A stretch of DNA of 57,333 bases from Eubacteriales bacterium (GCA_045631445.1 JAZQUS010000039.1:1-57333), one strand, 5' to 3'. Positions 48,260-56,940 are shown, counted from the first letter of the stretch. A program made the numbers and translations. The notes: a model not told the origin generated them from the sequence alone.

Positions 48260-49497
48260 TATATTATAATGTGCTTAGGAATTCCGTTTTCGTATTTAAC
48301 ATCAAGTTCACCCTGGATAAGTGGCAAGAGGTAACGAGCGCATTCGTCGGTTACGGAATTTCCTCTTTCATTTATATATTCGTCGTTAACGTGCTTAACC
48401 TTATTTGCAATTTCGCTCACATCACGGTGAGAAATTTCAGTTACATAAGGAACAGTTGACACTCTTTCGATTGTCATCATCTGACGAGTTACCCCCTCAC
48501 TTGCCGCCTTAACCGCCGCACGTCCAACACGTACGCTTTCTTCAATATCAGTTTTAGAAGCAAGATGTGAGGCGCATCTTTGAGGAAGATTGAGTTCAAT
48601 AGAACGAACCTTACATCCAAATTCATTCTTTATTGCAATTTCAAGTGCTTTTCCCGTTCCCGAAAGTTGTTTGTGACCAAAAACGTCAGTCGAAGCAATT
48701 CCAAAGCCCTCGCAAACGTAAGTTCCGTCTGCAAATCTAATGCCCTCACTTACCGCAACAACAACATTAGGCTTAACATCAAGAATTGCCTTCAAATCCG
48801 CAAAGAATTCTTCTTTATTAAATGCACGTTCAGGCAAATAAATAAGATCCGCAACTGCTCCACCAAACGCTTTAGGGATCCCCGCAGAAGCAGTAAGCCA
48901 ACCTGCATCGCGTCCCATAATTTCAACAACAGTTACCGCTTTAGTGGTATAAACCGCGCAGTCGCGTATAATTTCGGTCATTGTGGTTGCAATATATTTT
49001 GCCGCAGAAGCAAAACCGGGAGTGTGATCAGTGCCAACAAGGTCGTTATCAATGGTTTTAGGCACACCGATAACTCTCATTTCATAGTCGCACTCCTTTG
49101 TATATTCAGAAAGCTTTGCAACGGTATCCATTGAGTCATTTCCGCCGATGTAGAAGAAATATCGAATATCGTATTTTTTGAATATTTCTATTAACTTTTC
49201 ATAAGTTTCTCTACACTCGTCAATTTTAGGCAGCTTCTTTCTGCAAGAACCAAGAGCCGCAGCAGGAGTTTGTTCAAGAATATCTATCTTTTCAAAGTCC
49301 GAAAAAAATACAGAAAGATTAACAATATCCTCCCTCAAAAGCCCTTCAACTCCGTTTTTCATTCCATAAAGAACATTTATAGAACCGTCGTGGACGTTTT
49401 CAAGCACTCCACGAACAACACCCGCCAATGTTGCATTTATTGCCGCAGTAGGTCCACCGCTTTGTCCCACTATTGCGTTACCAATAAGTTTTGACAT
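48259..49497 (-). CDS. 6-phosphofructokinase, probably PPi-dependent
   Basis: QSGGPT, IGGNDS and PKTIDND (Asp/Lys signature of PPi use), EIMGRDAGW. Confidence 0.88.
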   Translation of the reverse strand: MSKLIGNAIVGQSGGPTAAINATLAGVVRGVLENVHDGSINVLYGMKNGVEGLLREDIVNLSVFFSDFEKIDILEQTPAAALGSCRKKLPKIDECRETYEKLIEIFKKYDIRYFFYIGGNDSMDTVAKLSEYTKECDYEMRVIGVPKTIDNDLVGTDHTPGFASAAKYIATTMTEIIRDCAVYTTKAVTVVEIMGRDAGWLTASAGIPKAFGGAVADLIYLPERAFNKEEFFADLKAILDVKPNVVVAVSEGIRFADGTYVCEGFGIASTDVFGHKQLSGTGKALEIAIKNEFGCKVRSIELNLPQRCASHLASKTDIEESVRVGRAAVKAASEGVTRQMMTIERVSTVPYVTEISHRDVSEIANKVKHVNDEYINERGNSVTDECARYLLPLIQGELDVKYENGIPKHIII

Positions 49498-49522
49498 AAT
49501 TATTTTCCTTTCTATAAAGCAA

Positions 49523-49575
49523 GCGCCCAAGATCCTTCGCTTTTATCGAGGATGACACCTTGCGGTGTCGGGCGC
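49523..49575 (-). repeat. Compact three-stem palindromic element in sufB-pfk spacer
   Basis: GCGCCC/GGGCGC enclosing GACACC-GCAA-GGTGTC and ATCCT...AGGAT. Confidence 0.55.
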
Positions 49576-49584
49576 ATACTCAAA

Positions 49585-50502
49585 TTATTTCAAAAATCCG
49601 TTAACAATCTGCTCTTCGGCTTCCTGCTCGGTAAGCCCAAGAGTCATAAGTTTTATGAGCTGTTCACCTGCAATTTTACCGATTGCCGCCTCGTGAATAA
49701 GAGAAGCATTGATATCGTTTGCAGTAATTTCAGGAATTGCTCGAACACTTGCATTATCCATAATAATAGCATCACATTCCGTATGACCGTAGCACTCGTT
49801 GTTTCCATTGATTTTGGAAAGGAAAGTTTGTGTTGAATTATCCTTTGCAACGGAACGTGAAATTACGTTTGTACTTGAGCCCTCTCCATTAAGGTCAACG
49901 TTAAACACGGTTTCAGCATGTTGCTTTCCGTGTGTCATTATTTTCTCTTTAACGATAAGGGTTGCACCCTTGCCAACCACCGCTTCGGTATTACGGATTG
50001 TAGAGTCAATTCCCTTAATTTGAGTGGTTTCCATTTCAAGATAGCCACCCTCATCAATTTCAATGATTGTAGTAGGGTTCATAATGTTTTCACCAGTACC
50101 CTCTTCCTCACCGTAGTGACGTTCAACGTAACGAACGCGCGCGTCTTTGCCTACGTGGAAGGAGTGAATACCGTCGTGAGCAGAGTCTTGATCACCACAG
50201 TTATGAATTCCACAACCTGCAATAATGGTTACGTCCGCGCCCTCTCCAATATAGAAATCGTTATAAACCATATCCTTTAGTCCGCTCTCACTTATGATTA
50301 CAGGGATATGCACACTTTCATTTTTAGTTCCTGCTTTAATGATTATATCAATTCCGGGCTTGTCCGTTTTAGATACGATATCAATATTCGCAGTTGTTTT
50401 TCTACCTGCAGCAGCACCGTTTTCACGGATATTATACGCTCCTTCTGGAACTGTGTGAAGATCGGCTACCTGCATAAGCAAATTCTTTTTAATCTGATCC
50501 AT
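49585..50502 (-). CDS. sufB: SufB/SufD-family Fe-S scaffold (short, SMS-type)
   Basis: AGCGIHNC, GHTECDAIIM, AIPEI, LIHEAAIGKI, IVNGFL. Confidence 0.85.
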   Translation of the reverse strand: MDQIKKNLLMQVADLHTVPEGAYNIRENGAAAGRKTTANIDIVSKTDKPGIDIIIKAGTKNESVHIPVIISESGLKDMVYNDFYIGEGADVTIIAGCGIHNCGDQDSAHDGIHSFHVGKDARVRYVERHYGEEEGTGENIMNPTTIIEIDEGGYLEMETTQIKGIDSTIRNTEAVVGKGATLIVKEKIMTHGKQHAETVFNVDLNGEGSSTNVISRSVAKDNSTQTFLSKINGNNECYGHTECDAIIMDNASVRAIPEITANDINASLIHEAAIGKIAGEQLIKLMTLGLTEQEAEEQIVNGFLK

Positions 50503-50512
50503 AGCAGCCTCC

Positions 50513-51238
50513 TTAAATATTATCCGTCAAAACCGAGCAGGGTGCACCCGAGCCGAGAACCGAAGGCATAATTTCATCCTTTGTTCCGCTCTCGCGAATC
50601 TCACCGTCGGCAATAACTATAATTCTATCGGCAATATTCAAAATTCTCTCTTGGTGGGAGATGATAAGAATAGAGCCGTGTGTTTTTTCGTGCATTCTTT
50701 CAAATACTTTAATAAGATTGTTAAAGCTCCAAAGGTCAATTCCAGCTTCGGGCTCGTCAAACACAGAAAGCTTTGTTGAACGCGCGATAATAAGTGCAAT
50801 TTCAATTCTCTTAAGTTCACCACCCGACAAAGATGCATTAACCTCGCGGTTAATATAATCTCTTGCGCAAAGTCCAACCTCTGAAAGATAGTTACACGCC
50901 TCTGCAACACTAATAGGCTTACCTGCCGCAAGTGTAATCAAATCCTTAACTGTAAGCCCCTTAAAGCGAACGGGCTGCTGGAATGCAAAGCTAATTCCCT
51001 TTCTAGCTCTGTCGGTAATTGATACGTTTGTAATATCCTCACCGTCAAAAAGAATTTGACCACCAGTTGGTTGATAAATTCCTGCTATTATTTTTGCAAG
51101 CGTTGATTTGCCACCACCGTTAGGACCTGTAATAGCAACAAAACGCTCGTCTATTGTTAAATTAATATTTTTTAATATTTCCTTGTCCGCGCCGTTTTCA
51201 TCCTTAACGACATAAGACACATTTTTTAATTCAAGCAT
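50513..51238 (-). CDS. sufC: SufC-like ABC ATPase
   Basis: GPNGGGKST, FAFQQP, LSGGELKRIE, FDEPEAGIDLWS; adjacent to sufB. Confidence 0.85.
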   Translation of the reverse strand: MLELKNVSYVVKDENGADKEILKNINLTIDERFVAITGPNGGGKSTLAKIIAGIYQPTGGQILFDGEDITNVSITDRARKGISFAFQQPVRFKGLTVKDLITLAAGKPISVAEACNYLSEVGLCARDYINREVNASLSGGELKRIEIALIIARSTKLSVFDEPEAGIDLWSFNNLIKVFERMHEKTHGSILIISHQERILNIADRIIVIADGEIRESGTKDEIMPSVLGSGAPCSVLTDNI

Positions 51239-51410
51239 TTTTGCTCCTTTCTGCTTAGTTTGTATATAAGTAAATTATTAACATTATTTGCCAAATTACA
51301 CTTTGACATTATATTATATCATATAATTATTGTTTTGTCTATAAATTTTAACGATAATTTTTTATTCAAAATGCACAAAAATAAATAGTAATAATTATCA
51401 TTATTGATAA

Positions 51411-51439
51411 TTGACATTTAATTACTTTTTTGATATAAT
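51411..51439 (+). promoter_or_regulatory. Consensus sigma-A promoter of small lipoprotein gene
   Basis: TTGACA-17 bp-TATAAT with extended TG. Confidence 0.75.
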
Positions 51440-51492
51440 CAGTATAGTAAGAACACCTTACAACAATCAAATTTCAAAAGGAGTACATTTTT

Positions 51493-51837
51493 ATGAAGAA
51501 AACAATTAGAATTTTATCTGCGGTTATGGTTATTGCAATGCTTGCTATCACACTTGTTTCATGTTCAAAAGTAATTTTGGGAAAATACAGTAATGAGTTA
51601 ACATCTACAACGTATGAATTTAAATTCAACAAAGTCATCAAAACATATGAAATCGGTGGTTTCACAAAAACTACCGAAGGCACTTATAAAATAGTAGATA
51701 GTGAAAAGAACGCGGGCGAGTTGGTTATCCAATTCACCTTTGGAGATGAAACCGAAAGTCACTCCTTTGCGCAGGGTGAAGAAAATGGTGTTAAATACAT
51801 CAAAATCGGTCTTTTCCAATACAATGAAGTAAAATAA
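51493..51837 (+). CDS. Small beta-rich lipoprotein of unknown function
   Basis: Signal peptide with lipobox LVSC; G.Y...YEF...GTYKI pattern; own promoter, RBS and terminator. Confidence 0.75.
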   Translation: MKKTIRILSAVMVIAMLAITLVSCSKVILGKYSNELTSTTYEFKFNKVIKTYEIGGFTKTTEGTYKIVDSEKNAGELVIQFTFGDETESHSFAQGEENGVKYIKIGLFQYNEVK

Positions 51838-51840
51838 TTA

Positions 51841-51871
51841 AAAAGTCGAGAGGCGTTGCCTCTCGACTTTT
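51841..51871. terminator. Bidirectional intrinsic terminator
   Basis: AAAAGTCGAGAGGC-GTT-GCCTCTCGACTTTT. Confidence 0.85.
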
Positions 51872-52825
51872 TTATTTCAAATCTATTCTATTTCTTATTT
51901 CACCACTAAAATATGATTTTATATTTTCCTTAACTTCCCCAAGAAGTCTAACTCTTGCTTCATATGAGCCCCAAGCCATGTGGGGAGTGAGAAGAACGTT
52001 ATCCTTATCTTTGATTTCATAAAATGGATGGCTTGTACCAAACGGCTCACAGGAATAAACATCGCATCCAAATCCTGAAATTTTACCGGATTTCACAGCA
52101 TCAACAATAGCGGACTCATCAGTAACCGCACCTCTTGCAACGTTTACAAGTATAACTCCATCACGCATACTTGCAATTCTCTTTGCATCAATAAGTCCTC
52201 GCGTACCTTCATTAAGTGGAGTATGAAGCGTAATAATATCACATTCCTTGCAAATCGTATCAATATCAACACATTTGTAATCAGATACTTCTTTCCTCTT
52301 ATTTACAAGCACCTCGCAACCAAGTGCTTCGGCTACTTTGGCTACAGCTCTACCGATATTTCCAAACCCAATAATTCCCCACTTAAGACCGTTAATTTCG
52401 TGATATGTCGGCGCAAGAATATTGGCAACTCCGCGTTCGCTATAATAACCATTTGCAACGCTTCTTTGATATTCCTTGCTCTTATTAATAAGTTGAAGAA
52501 CAAACCCAACCGTTATCTGCGCAACATTGTTGGTTGAATAGCCAACCACGTTACAAACACCGATGCTTCTATTTTTAGCGTAATTAACGTCAATATTGTC
52601 AAAGCCCGTAGCAGTAACGCAAATGAGTTTTAAATTCTTCGCATTTGCGAGCGTTTTTTCATTCAATTTCAGTTTGTTTGTGATAACCACATCACAATCA
52701 GCAGTTCTTTCTTTAATTTCTTCTTCGGTGCTTGAGCCATACACCTCAACCTCACCCAAGTCATTAAAATTCGAAAGGTCAATATCTCCGCCCAAAGCAA
52801 GAGCATCTAAAAATACTATTTTCAT
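51872..52825 (-). CDS. D-2-hydroxyacid dehydrogenase family protein
   Basis: ATGFDNID, GIIGFGNIG, LHTPL, VNVARG, LTPHMAW. Confidence 0.9.
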   Translation of the reverse strand: MKIVFLDALALGGDIDLSNFNDLGEVEVYGSSTEEEIKERTADCDVVITNKLKLNEKTLANAKNLKLICVTATGFDNIDVNYAKNRSIGVCNVVGYSTNNVAQITVGFVLQLINKSKEYQRSVANGYYSERGVANILAPTYHEINGLKWGIIGFGNIGRAVAKVAEALGCEVLVNKRKEVSDYKCVDIDTICKECDIITLHTPLNEGTRGLIDAKRIASMRDGVILVNVARGAVTDESAIVDAVKSGKISGFGCDVYSCEPFGTSHPFYEIKDKDNVLLTPHMAWGSYEARVRLLGEVKENIKSYFSGEIRNRIDLK

Positions 52826-52848
52826 AAAGTTTCTCCAAGATTTTTATT

Positions 52849-53282
52849 TGATAAATTAGGATTTAGCGAGTAGTTACAAAGATAAAAAAGGTCGCTTTTG
52901 AAAAAGCTCCGCAAAACTTTTAATCAGCTTCGCGCAAGATTTTGCGCAAATTGTGTCAACAAGTTGACACATAACGTTTTTCTCGGTGTATGACAGGCAC
53001 CTCGAAAAACTGTAATTTGCTACTAAATGGATAGACATGTTGATAACAAAATGTCTATGCGCAGAGTAGCAAGGCGCGGTTTTTATCGCACTTGTGCGGT
53101 GAAAACGATTGTGACGAGCGCGTCAGAAGTGAGTCACGCGCGTTGCGCGGAATTTGGTAGAATTTTTACAACTGTACGGCTACACTAATACCCACATTTT
53201 AAAGTTTTTCAGGGTGTGGGGCGGTTTTTCAAAAAAGCCCCATATCTTTGCTCAACTAACTTCCAAATAAATCAAAATTTGA
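52849..53282. repeat. Hairpin-dense non-coding element with imperfect inverted termini (MITE-like or ncRNA), copy 1
   Basis: Shares blocks with 57048-57333 including an identical 36-mer (52890-52925 = 57090-57125); right end is an inverted homolog of the left end; at least five internal hairpins. Confidence 0.75.
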
Positions 53283-53292
53283 ATACTAGTAC

Positions 53293-53321
53293 ATAATAAC
53301 ACAAAAAAGGCGCAAATTCAA
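53293..53321 (-). promoter_or_regulatory. Sigma-A-type promoter firing through element copy 1 toward the dehydrogenase
   Basis: TTGAAT-17 bp-TATTAT with extended TG. Confidence 0.6.
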
Positions 53322-53337
53322 GTGAAATGCGCCTTTT
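53305..53337 (-). terminator. Intrinsic terminator of the XRE/S24 repressor gene
   Basis: AAAAGGCGCA...TGCGCCTTTT. Confidence 0.75.
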
Positions 53338-53342
53338 ATTTA

Positions 53343-54161
53343 TTATTTTCTTTTCAATTTACCAATTACTCGACCAACGCAGCTAACGTTTTCAAAATCC
53401 TTAAGCAAAATGTCACCGTACATCGTGTTCATAGAGATGAGGCGGTCACCACCGTAAATCTTGAAAAATCCGTTTCCGTCGAGAATGAAAATACCAAGCT
53501 CACCAACCTCAACGTAATCGGAATTAGCAACCAAAAGAACGTCGCCATCGCGATATTTGGGTTCCATACTGTTACCACTAATTCGGAGCGCGAAATCTGC
53601 CTCGCGAGTTCTTTCGTTATCTGGAATCATAATTTCCTCGCTAGCAGGAGAATCTACGAAAACACCAACACCGGCAGAAACAGGCATATCGAAGAGTGCA
53701 ACCGCACGTTTTCCAAGTCCTCTGTTTTGAGCAAGCTCGCGAGCAGAAATTCTCTCTGTTGGAACAGCAATAGAAGGCAAAATCTTGGGTGATTTCTCCT
53801 TAACATCAACAGAATGATCCTGATATGGCGCGCGTGCTACTCTTTCCTTTTCTTTATCAAGAACGAGGGTCACAAGCTCCTTTCCGTGTGTATCGAGTGC
53901 GCGATAGTTTTCAATAAGGCGCATCTCTCCCCTATCAAGAGTGAAGTTGTTTGTATTTTCAGGAACACCGTTCACAACGTATTCAAGAGTTGTTCCGAGC
54001 GCATCGCAAATAGAAACGATGTTTGAAAGCTTGGGACTATCACTAATCCCTGCAAGAATTTTAGAAAGTGTTCCGAGTGGAATTCCGGTCATTTCCGAAA
54101 GCATATCGTTAGTTATTTTCTTTTCACTTTTGAGTAATTTTATTCTATCAATATAATCCAT
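53343..54161 (-). CDS. XRE HTH / S24 peptidase (LexA/CI-like) self-cleaving repressor
   Basis: N-terminal HTH (LSEMTGIPLGTLSKI); cleavage-site motif VSAG, catalytic GNSMEP and FFK. Confidence 0.88.
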   Translation of the reverse strand: MDYIDRIKLLKSEKKITNDMLSEMTGIPLGTLSKILAGISDSPKLSNIVSICDALGTTLEYVVNGVPENTNNFTLDRGEMRLIENYRALDTHGKELVTLVLDKEKERVARAPYQDHSVDVKEKSPKILPSIAVPTERISARELAQNRGLGKRAVALFDMPVSAGVGVFVDSPASEEIMIPDNERTREADFALRISGNSMEPKYRDGDVLLVANSDYVEVGELGIFILDGNGFFKIYGGDRLISMNTMYGDILLKDFENVSCVGRVIGKLKRK

Positions 54162-54188
54162 AAAAGTTCTCCTTTGCAAATCAAGAAT

Positions 54189-54425
54189 TTCCTTTTGTGG
54201 AATTATTATAACACACATTTTCCTATTTGTAAAGTGGTTTTTAAAATTTTTTAAAATATTTTTCCAAAATTAGAAAAAATCTATTGACAAACAATATCAA
54301 ATGTGGTATTATGATGTCACAAGATTTCCAAAACAAGAAAAGGACCACAATTATGAACGCTACATATACATACAAATCAGGAAGAAACAACATCACATTT
54401 GATAACGGAAATTCCAAAAAAGGAA
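54189..54425. promoter_or_regulatory. Divergent promoter pair with five TTCC-N6-(G/A)GAA candidate operators
   Basis: Minus promoter TTTACA-17-TATAAT (54233-54205), plus promoter TTGACA-17-TATTAT (54284-54312); sites start at 54189, 54220, 54262, 54326, 54412. Confidence 0.7.
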
Positions 54426-54691
54426 CTTGCCGTCCATTCGTTCGCAAACGTCCTGCATACATGGATTTTGCCGACAATTGTCTCTCTTTTATAGATATGA
54501 TACTTGACTTTTTCTGCTCTGCAAGATTTATCGTAGCAGCTAAAGCAGTGTTTGCTTTTGTTGTTCTTCTCGGCTTTATAGGTATAATCGGCGGCATGGA
54601 ATTTGGCAGAGTTTCTCTCCTTTCAGGTGTTATTTGCTTGGCACTTGTCATAGCACTTGAATTCGTAATTTTACGAGAAGAAAAGTTTTAA
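54353..54691 (+). CDS. Small hypothetical membrane protein (two C-terminal TM helices)
   Basis: ATG after AAAGGA, strong promoter, downstream terminator, hydrophobic C-terminal half. Confidence 0.7.
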   Translation: MNATYTYKSGRNNITFDNGNSKKGTCRPFVRKRPAYMDFADNCLSFIDMILDFFCSARFIVAAKAVFAFVVLLGFIGIIGGMEFGRVSLLSGVICLALVIALEFVILREEKF

Positions 54692-54698
54692 TATACGC

Positions 54699-54730
54699 AA
54701 AAATCCCACGGCAAGTGCCGTGGGATTTTT
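54699..54730. terminator. Bidirectional intrinsic terminator
   Basis: AAAAATCCCACGGCA-AG-TGCCGTGGGATTTTT. Confidence 0.85.
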
Positions 54731-54742
54731 TATTACAAGTTA

Positions 54743-56467
54743 TTATTCAACAATAACGTATTCGGGAAGTTCAACAACAGTTGTGCCTACGTTTGAAACT
54801 AATATTTCTCCTACTAATTTCATATCGTATTCATCAACATACGCAATCATTCCAATTTTTTCAAGCTCACCATCATTGAAATACAAATACATCTGATATA
54901 CAATGCCGTCAGAGGTTACGTTGCCCTCGTATCTACCTTGATATTCATTGTATGTGAAATCAGAGTAATTAAGCTTAGTTTCAACTGTTTGAGAGCTTAT
55001 GCTAAAATCCTCAACAGAATAATTTGTTTTTCTTGCCTCGTATCTTTCGGTTTCTTCATTATAAGTGATGTTATATACTCCATCATCTAAATAGGCGCGG
55101 TAAGGATAATTATGTCCGGGTTCGCAGTAACCATTTTCTGCACCTTTAGCGTGTGTGGAATATACACCGAGTGACTCACCCGTAGAAATTTTAGTACGTT
55201 CAACTGACGATTCTACCGTATAGTTAATGGAATTCGTTTGCTCGTTCCACTGCTCTTCGGTAACAACACCTTCATAAGTTGGAGGAATTTCAGTTCCTAC
55301 ATTCTCTTCATCAATAGTAAATTCAGGAAGTGTAACGGTGGTTGTTCCAATATCTGCCAAAGCCAAAATAATTTCTACTCCCTCAGTTATATAAACACCC
55401 TTAATAAGCTCTCCGTTTTCAAAGTAGAGGTAAAGTTCAACACCTTCAACGTTAACCTTATAATATCTTCCCTCTTCATCATATGTGAGGTATTCGGTGC
55501 TCATATATTCTCTTGCGGTTTCGATAGCAGCATTAAAATCGTCCATAGTTGCGTCCATATCGGTTGCAAGATATCCGTCACCGTATTGTTCAATAGAATA
55601 GAACTTGCCGTCAACCAAAGCAACGTATTGCTGCATCACTTCACCCATATAATCGGCATACAATTCGAGCGCAGTATCAGCAACCTTCAAGCTTACATCA
55701 ACACCCATATAAGCAATCATTATACCTGCATTGATAGTGAAATTTCTCAATTCAAGATATGGAGCAAGCTCTTCATTAGTAACTGTTGTTCTAACGTCTG
55801 CAGATGCCTTGCTTGGATCAACCTTACCGTCATTAATAATAGTGTATTCAGGAATTTCGATAACGGTTGTGCCAACGTTTGTGATTTCATAGGATTGAGC
55901 ATAATCTCCTTCTCCTGCAGAAATCGTTCCCTTGGCAAGCAAACCATCTTCAAAGAAGAATTCAGCATTTACACCATCTTCATTTAATGTATAAGACTCA
56001 GTTTCTTCATTGTATACAAGTTTATCAAATGAACCTTCCTCAGGGGACATTCCAATCATTTCTAAAGTAACTCCACCAGATTCTCCAAGTTCTGCGGAAA
56101 GTCCTTCCATATAGAAAGCTAACCATCCTGCCTTGGTTTCGGAAAGCATACATTCGTTTTCAACATCTACCAATATACTCACTGAATATTCGCCTTCATT
56201 TACTTCGTACTTTATAGCGGAATCATCAACAACCATAAGGGTGACCATTTCTCCGACAACAATTTCAATGGTAAAGTTATTTGCATTAAATACAGAATTC
56301 CATTCTTCTTCAGTGATAGTTGTTCTAAATTCCTCTTGTGTTTCAGGAGTTGTTGTAAACTGTTCAAGGAAGTTAATGAGATAACCCTTCGCAGTTTCCA
56401 TATCACAAGAAACAAGAGATGTGAGTAACACGAGTGCTACAAGTGTAAGTGATAATAATTTTTTCAT
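54743..56467 (-). CDS. Acidic lipoprotein with three tandem domains, function unknown
   Basis: Lipobox LVSC; three repeats bounded by (I/V)T.E(E/Q)...N(F/Y)T and (F/Y)F..G.L...(V/I)GTT...PE(Y/F). Confidence 0.75.
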   Translation of the reverse strand: MKKLLSLTLVALVLLTSLVSCDMETAKGYLINFLEQFTTTPETQEEFRTTITEEEWNSVFNANNFTIEIVVGEMVTLMVVDDSAIKYEVNEGEYSVSILVDVENECMLSETKAGWLAFYMEGLSAELGESGGVTLEMIGMSPEEGSFDKLVYNEETESYTLNEDGVNAEFFFEDGLLAKGTISAGEGDYAQSYEITNVGTTVIEIPEYTIINDGKVDPSKASADVRTTVTNEELAPYLELRNFTINAGIMIAYMGVDVSLKVADTALELYADYMGEVMQQYVALVDGKFYSIEQYGDGYLATDMDATMDDFNAAIETAREYMSTEYLTYDEEGRYYKVNVEGVELYLYFENGELIKGVYITEGVEIILALADIGTTTVTLPEFTIDEENVGTEIPPTYEGVVTEEQWNEQTNSINYTVESSVERTKISTGESLGVYSTHAKGAENGYCEPGHNYPYRAYLDDGVYNITYNEETERYEARKTNYSVEDFSISSQTVETKLNYSDFTYNEYQGRYEGNVTSDGIVYQMYLYFNDGELEKIGMIAYVDEYDMKLVGEILVSNVGTTVVELPEYVIVE

Positions 56468-56567
56468 AGTGTTTTTTCCTTTCTTTAGATAAATTAGATG
56501 TAACTCATCTTGTAACAATTTTAGCACATATTTATTAGTTTTGCAATACATTTTATAATATTTATAC

Positions 56568-56595
56568 AAAAAACGGCTCATTTGAGCCGTTTTTT
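56568..56595 (-). terminator. Intrinsic terminator after HIT gene
   Basis: AAAAAACGGCTC-ATTT-GAGCCGTTTTTT. Confidence 0.8.
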
Positions 56596-56601
56596 TAAGA
56601 A

Positions 56602-56940
56602 TTATGCCATTTTATCCGAAAGCTGCGCTCCGCCAAGAATATGGAAGTGCAAATGATGAACGCTTTGGCAAGCATCGTCACCGCAGTTTGAAATTACGCG
56701 ATATCCGTTTTCAATTCCCGCTTCCTTAGCAATTTTAGGAATATTTTCAAAAATCTCTGCAACAATCTTGCTATTTTCTGCATTGATTCCGTCAACACTC
56801 TCGATATGTGCTTTAGGGATTACCAAAATATGCACGGGAGCTTGGGGCGCAATGTCGTAAAATGCAAAAATATTTTCATTTTCAAATGCCTTTTTAGATG
56901 GGATTTCTCCGTTAATTATTCTGCAAAATAAACAACTCAT
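56602..56940 (-). CDS. Histidine triad (HIT) nucleotide-binding protein
   Basis: CLFCRII, DIAPQAPVHILVIPK, QSVHHLHFHILGG; ATG 56940 after AGGAG. Confidence 0.93.
   Translation of the reverse strand: MSCLFCRIINGEIPSKKAFENENIFAFYDIAPQAPVHILVIPKAHIESVDGINAENSKIVAEIFENIPKIAKEAGIENGYRVISNCGDDACQSVHHLHFHILGGAQLSDKMA

Noticed and set aside
53343-54691. Prophage immunity region
   Set aside because: CI-like repressor present, but the divergent gene is a membrane protein rather than Cro, and no integrase, replication or structural genes are nearby.
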